Source: Bathymodiolus heckerae thiotrophic gill symbiont (lineage in GTDB: Bacteria; Pseudomonadota; Gammaproteobacteria; PS1; Pseudothioglobaceae). From it: a DNA stretch of 19,548 bases. The DNA lies in contig NZ_FXLV01000026.1 in assembly GCF_900180345.1 (NCBI RefSeq), positions 1 to 19,548 of the forward strand, given 5' to 3'. Every line of letters begins with the position of its first letter. Position 1 is the first letter of the stretch. Made by a program: the position numbers and the translations under genes. Of this stretch, positions 1 to 7,739 are shown one piece after another. The notes under the pieces are model-generated. The model was not told the origin of the DNA. It saw nothing but the letters and a program-made list of their open reading frames with translations, and searched no databases.

Positions 1-338
1 TTAATAAGTTGATTAATTGCAATTTTTAATCTGAAACGACCATCACCTTTGCTAGCAAGCCATGGTTGTAATTGATTGCTATGGTCGTTTGAATAAATTA
101 AATCGCCATATTGCGTCTTACTAATACAACTATTTACATTTTTAGGATCGGTCAAAATTTCAGTCAAGCCACCTTGGGCTTGTTCTAAAATTTTGTAATA
201 TGAAGATAGACTAGGCTGAGGGTCAGCATCTATCGTTAGAACTTTCTTGCCCATAGCGAACAAACATCCGCCTAGGTTGGCTGTAAGTGTCGTTTTTCCG
301 ACACCGCCTTTAGTTGATATTATCGATATAACCTTCAT
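1..338 (-). CDS. ParA/Soj-family partitioning ATPase, N-terminal part (runs off the left edge)
   Basis: Absent from the ORF track but open on the minus strand from ATG at 338-336 to the window edge. Hand translation: MKVISIISTKGGVGKTTLTANLGGCLFAMGKKVLTIDADPQPSLSSYYKILEQAQGGLTEILTDPKNVNSCISKTQYGDLIYSNDHSNQLQPWLASKGDGRFRLKIAINQLI. It has the deviant Walker A motif KGGVGKTT and Walker A' DADPQ. GAGG Shine-Dalgarno upstream. Confidence 0.9.
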   Translation of the reverse strand, partial: MKVISIISTKGGVGKTTLTANLGGCLFAMGKKVLTIDADPQPSLSSYYKILEQAQGGLTEILTDPKNVNSCISKTQYGDLIYSNDHSNQLQPWLASKGDGRFRLKIAINQLI

Positions 339-410
339 AAACAATCCTCATTATTTTCAGAGTAATGTTTATGTTTATTGTTATACGACTAACTATCTAA
401 CTAAATAACA

Positions 411-486
411 TGGTGGGGCGTGAGCGATTTGAACGCTCGACCAGCGGATTAAAAGTCCGATGCTCTACCAACTGAGCTAACGCCCC
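411..486 (-). tRNA. tRNA-Lys (anticodon UUU)
   Basis: Minus strand reads GGGGCGTTAGCTCAGTTGGTAGAGCATCGGACTTTTAATCCGCTGGTCGAGCGTTCAAATCGCTCACGCCCCACCA. 7-bp acceptor stem GGGGCGT/ACGCCCC, D-loop, anticodon loop CTTTTAA, T-loop TTCAAAT, encoded CCA. Confidence 0.97.
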
Positions 487-523
487 ATAAAAAGATGAAA
501 TTATACAGTAATGTAAATTTCAA

Positions 524-802
524 TTATTTTTTATTTACAACTTCTCTAAGTAATTTTCCCGGCTTAAAAAATGGCGTAAATCTCTCACCAACCTGCGTTC
601 TTTCTTTGGATCTTGGGTTGATGCCTAAACGCGCTTTTTTATGCCGCCTATGAAAACTACCAAAGCCCCTAATTTCAACACCTTTACCAGTGACAATACT
701 TTCTGTAAGTGTTGTTAGAATAATATCTACACACGCCTTTACCTCTGATTTTGGCAGGGTAGAATTTTCAAATAAATTAAGAATTAGGTCTGTTTTTTTC
801 AA
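524..802 (-). CDS. ihfB: Integration host factor subunit beta (HU/IHF family)
   Basis: 92 aa with the IHF/HU signature VEIRGFGSFHRRHKKARLGINPRS; sits directly downstream of rpsA, the canonical rpsA-ihfB order. Confidence 0.92.
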   Translation of the reverse strand: MKKTDLILNLFENSTLPKSEVKACVDIILTTLTESIVTGKGVEIRGFGSFHRRHKKARLGINPRSKERTQVGERFTPFFKPGKLLREVVNKK

Positions 803-806
803 TGAC

Positions 807-2480
807 TTAGTCTTTGGCTTTCTTCAATAAATCACCTAGCGTGGCACCTTCTACAGACTCAGAAGATTGCTTGTTATAGTCTTCCATTGCTGCTTTTTCT
901 TCAGCTGAATCTTTGGCTTTAATACTGACAGTAATATTACGCATTTTTCTGTCAATATTAACAATAGCCACTTCGATTTCATCACCTACTTTTAACACAG
1001 TGGAAACATCATCAACACGCTCTGATGAAATTTCACCTGCTTTTAAATAGCCTGTAATTTCGTCTGCCAATGTAATGACAGCACCCCTTGTGGTTACCTC
1101 AGCAACCGTGCCTTTGACTACAGAGCCTTTCTTGTTTAGCGAGGTAAAAGACATAAAGCTATCTTCTTCTAGCTGTTTAATACCCAAAGAAATTCGCTCT
1201 TTCTCAGCGTCAATATTCAAAATCACAACTTCAAGCTCTTGACCTTTGGAATAGTTGGAGACCAACTCATCTGCAGGTTGTTTTTCCCAAGAAAGATCGG
1301 CCAAGTGAATCAAGCCATCAATGCCGCCCGGAAGACCGACAAATAAACCAAAGTCTGTGATTGACTTAACATTAACATCAATCTTATCGCCCTTATTATG
1401 CGAAGCCTCAAAAGCCTCCCAAGGGTTTTCTTGTGCTTGCTTCATTGACAAAGAAATACGGTGTTTAGATTCTTGTACATCCAACACAACCACATCAACC
1501 TCTTGACCCAGTTTGACAAATTTAGAAGGACGGGCATTGGCATTTGTCCAATCCATTTCTGATACATGGACCAAACCTTCAACACCCTCTTCAATACGCA
1601 CAAATGCGCCATAATCTGTCAGGTTAGAAACTGTGCCTGAAGCTTTTTTACCCAATGGCAAGCGATCAGAAATATTGTCCCAAGGGCTGACTGTTAATTG
1701 CTTCAAACCTAAAGACACACGCATTTTTTCTTTATCATAATTAAGTACTTTAACGGTAATTTTGTCACCAATAGTAAGTTTCTCAGAGGGGTGATTAACT
1801 CGTTGCCACGAAATATCAGTAATATGTAATAAACCATCGACAGCACCAAGGTCAACAAATGCACCATAATCGGCTAAGTTTTTAACCACACCTTCAATTT
1901 CTTTGCCTTCTTCAAGGGATTCAAGTAATGCCTCTCTGTCTGCAGAGTTGGCTTCTTGCATAACTGCTTTTCTAGAAATAACGATGTTGTTTCTAACCTC
2001 ATCCATTTTGATAACAATCGCCTCAATCTCTTGACCTGTTAGATATGAAAAATCTTTAACTGGATGCGTATCAACTAACGAGCCTGGCAAGAACGCCTTA
2101 ACCACGCCAATATCAACAGTCAAACCGCCTTTCACAGCGCCAGTAACAATGCCAGTAACCACTTCTTTGGCGTTCATTGCAGCTTCAAGCATCTGCCATA
2201 ACTTAATGCGTTTGGCTTTTTCCCTAGATAATAAAGTGTGCCCCAATCCATCGTCGATAGATTCTAAGGCGACTTCTACCACATCGCCCTCTTGAACTTC
2301 TAACTCGCCTTGTGGGTCTTTAAATTGGTCTAGAGAGATAAAAGCTTCTGATTTTAATCCAACATTAATAACCGCTTTTTCACGATTGATGCTGACTACA
2401 GTACCCATTAATAAGGCACCTACTTTGACATTTTGTTGTTCTTCACTGTTTTCAAACAACTCTGCGAATGATTCTGACAT
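807..2480 (-). CDS. rpsA: 30S ribosomal protein S1
   Basis: 557 aa with repeated S1 domains (GLLHITDISW, GLVHVSEMDW, GLIHLADLSW); between cmk and ihfB. Confidence 0.97.
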   Translation of the reverse strand: MSESFAELFENSEEQQNVKVGALLMGTVVSINREKAVINVGLKSEAFISLDQFKDPQGELEVQEGDVVEVALESIDDGLGHTLLSREKAKRIKLWQMLEAAMNAKEVVTGIVTGAVKGGLTVDIGVVKAFLPGSLVDTHPVKDFSYLTGQEIEAIVIKMDEVRNNIVISRKAVMQEANSADREALLESLEEGKEIEGVVKNLADYGAFVDLGAVDGLLHITDISWQRVNHPSEKLTIGDKITVKVLNYDKEKMRVSLGLKQLTVSPWDNISDRLPLGKKASGTVSNLTDYGAFVRIEEGVEGLVHVSEMDWTNANARPSKFVKLGQEVDVVVLDVQESKHRISLSMKQAQENPWEAFEASHNKGDKIDVNVKSITDFGLFVGLPGGIDGLIHLADLSWEKQPADELVSNYSKGQELEVVILNIDAEKERISLGIKQLEEDSFMSFTSLNKKGSVVKGTVAEVTTRGAVITLADEITGYLKAGEISSERVDDVSTVLKVGDEIEVAIVNIDRKMRNITVSIKAKDSAEEKAAMEDYNKQSSESVEGATLGDLLKKAKD

Positions 2481-2570
2481 ATTATTTTCTTTGATGTTGA
2501 CCGGTAAAAAAATCCAACAACGGCATAAGTTGGGTTTTATCGGGTTAGTTTATTTAAAAGACTTAACCGC

Positions 2571-3236
2571 TTAAGTCTTCATTAATTCGCTCACTTGAGC
2601 AATCACCTTATCAATCGATAACTCTGTAGTATCAATGATAAGCGCATCATTTGCGGGCTTAAGTGGTGAGTTTTTGCGAGAACAATCTCGCTCATCCCTT
2701 GCCACCACCTCTGCCAAGATTTGCGACATTATACCCATAGTACCTTGCGCTTGCAATTGTTTTAAGCGTCTTTTGGCTCGTTCTTGTGCACTTGCTGTCA
2801 AAAACACCTTAAATGGTGCATCCGCAAAAACCACCGTGCCCATATCTCGCCCGTCTGCCACCAGTCCTGGCGCTTGTGCAAAATCTTGTTGGCGTTTTAA
2901 AAGTGCAGTGCGTACCACGCCAATGGATGCAATTTTAGAGGCTATTTCGCCTGTCTGCTCGGTGCGTAGTGTTTTGGACACATTCCTGCCCTCTAAAAAC
3001 ACACTGACCAATTCACTGTCCTGTTCGGTTTTAAATTCTAAATCAAGGGTTTGTGCGATTTTCTGTAAAGCACTTTCATCAGCAATATTCACACCTCTAG
3101 CTTCAACTGCCAAAGCAAAAGCACGATAAATTGCCCCAGAATCCAACAAATTCCAGTCCAATTTTTGTGCCATAACTCGTGCAACCGTACCTTTGCCTAC
3201 ACCACTTGGTCCATCAATGGTTAAAACATTATTCAC
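2571..3236 (-). CDS. cmk: Cytidylate kinase
   Basis: Track ORF extends to 3275, but TIDGPSGVGKGTVARVMAQ... (P-loop) begins just after VNNV, so a GTG start at 3236 fits better. Contains DGRDMGTVVFADAPFKVFLTA. cmk-rpsA-ihfB synteny. Confidence 0.93.
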   Translation of the reverse strand: MNNVLTIDGPSGVGKGTVARVMAQKLDWNLLDSGAIYRAFALAVEARGVNIADESALQKIAQTLDLEFKTEQDSELVSVFLEGRNVSKTLRTEQTGEIASKIASIGVVRTALLKRQQDFAQAPGLVADGRDMGTVVFADAPFKVFLTASAQERAKRRLKQLQAQGTMGIMSQILAEVVARDERDCSRKNSPLKPANDALIIDTTELSIDKVIAQVSELMKT

Positions 3237-3570
3237 CCTTAACTCCTTTGAATTCTGATACTCGGATTTTACCATTCACAAGGCGAGATTTTCTTTGGTT
3301 GATTTTGTCCATTTTTTGCCAAAACGCCTCGTTCAAATCAAAATCAGCACTAATCGCCGTACCTATCAACAAAATCAACAAATCTGCGGACTCTTCTGCT
3401 AAATCAGCCTTCGATTTTCCCTTAGTCACACAAGCCGATATTTCGCCCAACTCTTCTGTCATCAATACCACACGATACACCAAATCCTCGCCGCCATTAT
3501 TTTTAAAATCATGCTTGTTATGAAATGCTTGAACGGTTTCTAGTATGTCTTTGTATGAATTCTTATCCAT
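3229..3570 (-). CDS. MazG-like nucleotide pyrophosphohydrolase
   Basis: 113 aa with MTEELGEISACVTKG...DLAEESADLLILLIGTA, matching the EExxE...ExxD metal-binding pattern of all-alpha NTP-PPases. Confidence 0.75.
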   Translation of the reverse strand: MDKNSYKDILETVQAFHNKHDFKNNGGEDLVYRVVLMTEELGEISACVTKGKSKADLAEESADLLILLIGTAISADFDLNEAFWQKMDKINQRKSRLVNGKIRVSEFKGVKGE

Positions 3571-3889
3571 TTTTTTTGTCCTTATAAGTCTAATATTTCA
3601 ACTACTTGCTTCAATATGAGATTTTTGCATAAATATATAGATACGCATCTAGTGCATAAAATTGAGTTTTTAAATATCATTCAAAGGTGTTTTCATATAG
3701 CCTTTTTACTGCCTTTTTTTATTTCAAAAATATTAACTGAAAAAGACAAATATATTATTGTCTCTCTTAATATTTGAACTAGTTTAACAGCCCCCTCTAA
3801 ATCTTGCCGGGTAATGGAAAAACTTTTTTCTATTTTTCTCTTTTTCTTCAACTGTAATGGTCTAATTTCTTTCATCTTTAAACTTTACT

Positions 3890-5380
3890 TCATTTACTTT
3901 CTAATTTCATATGTGGAAACAACAACACATCACGAATAGAAGGCGAGTCGGTGAATAACATTACCAAACGGTCAATACCTATGCCTTCACCAGCGGTAGG
4001 TGGCATACCGTATTCCAAGGCACGAATATAATCAGCATCATAATGCATCGCCTCATCATCGCCAGCATCTTTTTCTGCCACTTGTTTATGAAAGCGTTCA
4101 GCTTGATCTTCGGCATCGTTTAACTCAGAAAAGCCGTTGGCAATTTCCCTGCCACCAATGAATAACTCAAATCTATCGGTAATAAATGGATTGTCGTCAT
4201 TACGCCGTGCAAGTGGCGAGACTTCGGTCGGATATTCAGTGATAAAAGTCGGTTGAATAAGTTTTTCCTCTACCGTGGCTTCAAAAATCTCAATTTGAGT
4301 TTTGCCCAACCCCCAAGTGTCTTTTACTGCTATGCCCAATTTTTTAGCAGTGGTAGTGGCATTGTCCGCATTTAAATCATCAACTGAAAAATCAGGATTA
4401 TGCTGCAAAATTGAATCAAATACGCTGATACGCTCAAAGGTTTTAGAAAAATCAAAATCATCACCCTGATATTGTACAACCGCATTGCCGCATACATCAA
4501 CGGCAATACCTCGGAATAAGTTTTCCGTTAAATCCATCACATCATGGTAAGTGGCGTACGCCTGATAAAACTCAATCATGGTAAATTCTGGATTGTGGCG
4601 AGTAGATAGCCCTTCGTTTCTAAAATTACGATTGATTTCAAATACTCTATCCATGCCGCCGACAATCAGTCGCTTAAGATAAAGCTCAGGCGCAATACGC
4701 AAAAACATAGGTATATCTAGCGCATTATGATGTGTTTCAAAAGGCTTAGCAGTCGCACCGCCTGGAATAGATTGCAACATTGGCGTTTCCACTTCCATAA
4801 AACCTGCGTTGTTGAAAAAATTACGAATATAGCTAATAATCTGCGAGCGTCTTTTAAAAGTATCACGCACTTGCTCGTTGATGATTAAATCAACATAACG
4901 CTGGCGGTAGCGCATTTCTTGGTCAGACAAGCCGTGGAATTTTTCTGGCAATGGTCTCAGTGCCTTGGTGAGTAGTTTTATCTCATTCACACGCACAGAT
5001 AGCTCGCCTACTTTGGTCTTAAACAGTGTGCCTTTAACACCAACAATATCACCAATATCCCACTTTTTAAACTGCTCGTTATAAAACCCCTCAGGCAGTT
5101 CATCACGGGTAACAAACAGCTGAATCTGCCCGCTGGTATCCTGAATATGAGCAAAACTCGCCTTGCCCATTACCCGTTTTAGCATCATCCGCCCTGCGAT
5201 TGACACTTCAACTACTTTTTGCTCTAACACTTCTTTTGAAAGTTGCCCAAACTCTGTCGTAATATCTTTGGCCAAGTTCTCAGGTTTAAAATCATTGATA
5301 AACGGATTGCCTGCCTCTCTCAACAAGGCTAATTTTGTTCTTCTTTCTGTTATTAATTTATTGTCGTCTTGATTACTCAT
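3890..5380 (-). CDS. lysS: Lysyl-tRNA synthetase (class II)
   Basis: 496 aa with class II motifs: motif 2 [29 protein letters not shown], motif 3 [29 protein letters not shown]. Confidence 0.97.
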   Translation of the reverse strand: MSNQDDNKLITERRTKLALLREAGNPFINDFKPENLAKDITTEFGQLSKEVLEQKVVEVSIAGRMMLKRVMGKASFAHIQDTSGQIQLFVTRDELPEGFYNEQFKKWDIGDIVGVKGTLFKTKVGELSVRVNEIKLLTKALRPLPEKFHGLSDQEMRYRQRYVDLIINEQVRDTFKRRSQIISYIRNFFNNAGFMEVETPMLQSIPGGATAKPFETHHNALDIPMFLRIAPELYLKRLIVGGMDRVFEINRNFRNEGLSTRHNPEFTMIEFYQAYATYHDVMDLTENLFRGIAVDVCGNAVVQYQGDDFDFSKTFERISVFDSILQHNPDFSVDDLNADNATTTAKKLGIAVKDTWGLGKTQIEIFEATVEEKLIQPTFITEYPTEVSPLARRNDDNPFITDRFELFIGGREIANGFSELNDAEDQAERFHKQVAEKDAGDDEAMHYDADYIRALEYGMPPTAGEGIGIDRLVMLFTDSPSIRDVLLFPHMKLESK

Positions 5381-5386
5381 ACTGTC

Positions 5387-6064
5387 CTAATGTGTGTTTT
5401 GTTGTTTTTCTTGGTTTTCCAAATCTCTTTGGGCTAATGTTTTTGCCGTGCTTAAATCACGCTCAGCTTCTGCCAATTTTCCCATACCTTTGAGCAAAGT
5501 GCCACGATTATAATAAGCTTGATAAAAATTTGCATCTAAATCAATGGCTTTTGACAAATCTTGATACGCTAAATCGTCTTTTCCTAGTTTTAAAAATGCA
5601 TTGCCGCGATTATAAACAGCGGCAATATAATCCCTTTCTAATTCAAGTGCTTGAGAATATGCATCAATCGCTGCTTGAGATTGCTCCAACTTATCATAGC
5701 AATTACCTAAATTATTAAACGCACCGCAATCTTTGCCATTCAACGCCAAGGCTTTTTTAAAATGCTTAACTGCCACCTTAAAATCTTCTTTTTCCTGTGC
5801 CATAGTCGCTAAACAAAAATGTGCTTCGCTACTATTTGGATTGGATTTTATCGCATTTGACATGCTCTCCATCGCCAAATCATCACTGCCTTGTAATTGG
5901 TGCAAATTGCCCAAACTCAAATGTGCATTGGCTTGAAGGTCTTTGCCCACATTTTGATGATTAAGCAGTGCATTCCACGCTTGAATAGCTGAAGATAATT
6001 TGCCATTTTTCTGATGTGTGTAAGCGGCAACCATTAAATCACTAATCTCTTGTTCGCTGCTCAT
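5387..6064 (-). CDS. TPR-repeat protein
   Basis: 225 aa with tandem TPR units (LGNLHQLQGSDDLAMESMSNAI, LGNCYDKLEQSQAAIDAYSQAL, RGNAFLKLGKDDLAYQDLSKAI). Its start overlaps the yjbQ-like stop region. Confidence 0.85.
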   Translation of the reverse strand: MSSEQEISDLMVAAYTHQKNGKLSSAIQAWNALLNHQNVGKDLQANAHLSLGNLHQLQGSDDLAMESMSNAIKSNPNSSEAHFCLATMAQEKEDFKVAVKHFKKALALNGKDCGAFNNLGNCYDKLEQSQAAIDAYSQALELERDYIAAVYNRGNAFLKLGKDDLAYQDLSKAIDLDANFYQAYYNRGTLLKGMGKLAEAERDLSTAKTLAQRDLENQEKQQNTH

Positions 6065-6459
6065 AATAGCGTAACAATCAGTTTACGATTATTTACACCA
6101 GCACGATGCTCATATAGAAATAAACCTTGATATTTGCCTAACGCCAATTTTTTATCAACCACAGGAATGCTTTTCGACTCACCTGTCAAGATAGAGCGAA
6201 TATGCCCTGAGACATCAAAATCACCTTCATTATTATGCCGATAATTTGGGTTTGCATCGGTAACAATGGATTGAAAATAATCCTCAATATCCAGCAATAA
6301 ATCGGGGTCTTCGTTGCCCGTAATCATCAACGATGCTGAAGTATGGGCAACAAATATATGACACAATTTCGCATTATTGCCCTGCTTAACAATATCGTTC
6401 ACTTGTTGGGTAATTTCAACAGCACCACGACCTTGGGTAACAACTGTCAATTCACTCAT
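6061..6459 (-). CDS. yjbQ: YjbQ family (UPF0047) protein
   Basis: 132 aa with HIFVAHTSASLMITGNEDPDLLLDIE and YQGLFLYEHRAGVNNRKLIVTLL, typical of the family. Confidence 0.87.
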   Translation of the reverse strand: MSELTVVTQGRGAVEITQQVNDIVKQGNNAKLCHIFVAHTSASLMITGNEDPDLLLDIEDYFQSIVTDANPNYRHNNEGDFDVSGHIRSILTGESKSIPVVDKKLALGKYQGLFLYEHRAGVNNRKLIVTLL

Positions 6460-6890
6460 TTCAGCAAATCTTTGGCTTTACTGATGTCTAGGCTAACAAG
6501 CTCTTTTTTGCGACCAAACGAACGCACAAGAAAAAAAACCGCCAATAGCAAAAAGACAAAAGGTGTAAACCATAACAAATAGGTGTTTTTATTCACAGGC
6601 GGTTTAAACACCACAAAATCCCCATATCGCTCAACCATAAACACACGAATATCGTCGTTGGTTTTTTGATTGAGGATTAACTCTCTTACCTTTTCCCTTA
6701 AATCTTTTGCCAGTCCAGCATTTGAGCCACCTATACTTTGCCCCTGACACACTGGACAACGAATTTCGCCAATTAACGCCTGATAACGCCGCTCTTGTTT
6801 CTGCGAGGTAAAACTGGTCACATCAATACTTTCAGCATGCACTAAGTTAAAAAGCCCTAACACTAACAAAAATTGAATAAAATAACGCAC
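6456..6890 (-). CDS. ccmH: Cytochrome c-type biogenesis protein CcmH/NrfF/CycL
   Basis: 144 aa with signal peptide, haem-handling motif IRCPVCQGQSI, VFMVERYGDFVVFKPP and a C-terminal TM helix. Confidence 0.92.
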   Translation of the reverse strand: MRYFIQFLLVLGLFNLVHAESIDVTSFTSQKQERRYQALIGEIRCPVCQGQSIGGSNAGLAKDLREKVRELILNQKTNDDIRVFMVERYGDFVVFKPPVNKNTYLLWFTPFVFLLLAVFFLVRSFGRKKELVSLDISKAKDLLK

Positions 6891-6929
6891 AATAAATCTC
6901 GCTAAATAAAAAATAAATAATTTTAACCC

Positions 6930-6971
6930 ATGCCACCAATTACACTTAACAATCTTTCCCTATTGTTTTAC
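6930..6971 (+). repeat. Diverged second copy of the first ~41 bp of uup (direct repeat of 7740..7780)
   Basis: ATGCCACCAATTACACTTAACAATCTTTCCCTATTGTTTTAC versus ATGCCACTGATTACACTTGACAATCTTTCTCTGCGTTTTGC: 34/41 aligned bases identical, 7 transitions, 1 single-base gap. Encodes MPPITLNNLSLL versus MPLITLDNLSLR. Confidence 0.88.
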
Positions 6972-6979
6972 ATCAAAAT

Positions 6980-7004
6980 GTCCCGAGTGTCCCGAGCCGG
7001 GAAC
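6980..7004 (+). repeat. REP-like palindrome copy 1 (6989..7004), preceded by a half copy GTCCCGAG (6980..6987)
   Basis: GTCCCGAG T GTCCCGAGCCGGGAAC; stem TCCCG/CGGGA with 3-nt loop AGC. Abuts the RAYT stop codon (7005-7007). Confidence 0.88.
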
Positions 7005-7655
7005 TCAATCTAATAATAATAAATGTTGTGATTTTTTATTGTCAATAAAGACTTGTGAAGCATTTTTAGCAAAATCTTGATAATCGTCTAGACTGCCAAT
7101 TTCTGCAATAACGCCATTGATTTCATCGGCACTACAAATTCTATCACCCAGTTCGTTGCCAAAATACTCGAAAACACTAGATTTTACTAAATTTTCTTTA
7201 GGATTTATATGGTGATGTTTGTAGTTTAAATTAACATAGCTTGCAACAATAGGCAATGCATACTCGCCACTCAAATGCTTTGCTTTAAATCTAGATTGGA
7301 ATAATCCACCAGCGCGTTTATATTTTTTATTAAAAAAGTTAACATACGATGCACCAAGTCTGTGCATAAATTTAGAAATACCTTTGTCATTTTTTTGTTT
7401 TAACAATAAATGAAAGTGATTGGGTAGCAGACAATAAGCCACAATTTCCACTAATTTATCTTCATTAATTTCAACATCCTTTCTATTTCTACTATGCTTG
7501 TAAGCATCACTATGATTAACACGGTTTAAATCATTTAAGCGTTTAAAGAAAAAATACAAATCATTCTTGTCCATAAAAATATCACGCTTATCAATACCCC
7601 GATTGAAAACATGATAATATTCATTAGTGACAAATTCTATATCTCTTCTTGGCAT
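7005..7655 (-). mobile_element. REP-associated tyrosine transposase (RAYT; IS200/TnpA_REP-like Y1 HUH transposase)
   Basis: 216 aa with YYHVFNRGIDKRDIF N-terminal signature and HUH motif LLPNHFHLLLKQ, followed by FMHRLGASYVNFFNKKYKRAGGLFQSRFKAK. Flanked by REP-like palindromes. Confidence 0.92.
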
Positions 7656-7656
7656 A

Positions 7657-7672
7657 GTTCCCGGCTCGGGAC
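7657..7672 (-). repeat. REP-like palindrome copy 2 (inverted orientation)
   Basis: + strand GTTCCCGGCTCGGGAC is the exact reverse complement of copies 1 and 3. Lies 1 nt upstream of the RAYT start codon. Confidence 0.9.
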
Positions 7673-7701
7673 AAACAAAAAATAAAATTATAACACCTTT
7701 T

Positions 7702-7717
7702 GTCCCGAGCCGGGAAC
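7702..7717 (+). repeat. REP-like palindrome copy 3
   Basis: GTCCCGAGCCGGGAAC, identical to 6989..7004. Forms a perfect 20-bp inverted repeat with copy 2 (7656..7675 / 7699..7718). Confidence 0.9.
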
Positions 7718-7739
7718 TGTATAGGAGTAAAATTGTGTA

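Noticed and set aside
1321-1506. Plus-strand ORF antisense to rpsA (and similar antisense ORFs at 2386..2574, 2635..3129, 5163..5372, 5530..5718 and 5733..5936)
   Set aside because: Entirely or largely shadow frames opposite well-supported conserved genes.
3179-3523. 114-aa plus-strand ORF opposite the cmk start and MazG-like gene
   Set aside because: Antisense shadow of two convincing genes; no recognisable motifs.
3693-3875. 60-aa minus-strand ORF MKEIRPLQLKKKRKIEKSF...
   Set aside because: Lies in an AT-rich intergenic gap, low complexity, no recognisable domain. May be chance or a remnant.
411-5380. tRNA-Lys and lysS in the same window suggesting a functional link
   Set aside because: Separated by several unrelated genes; most likely coincidental.
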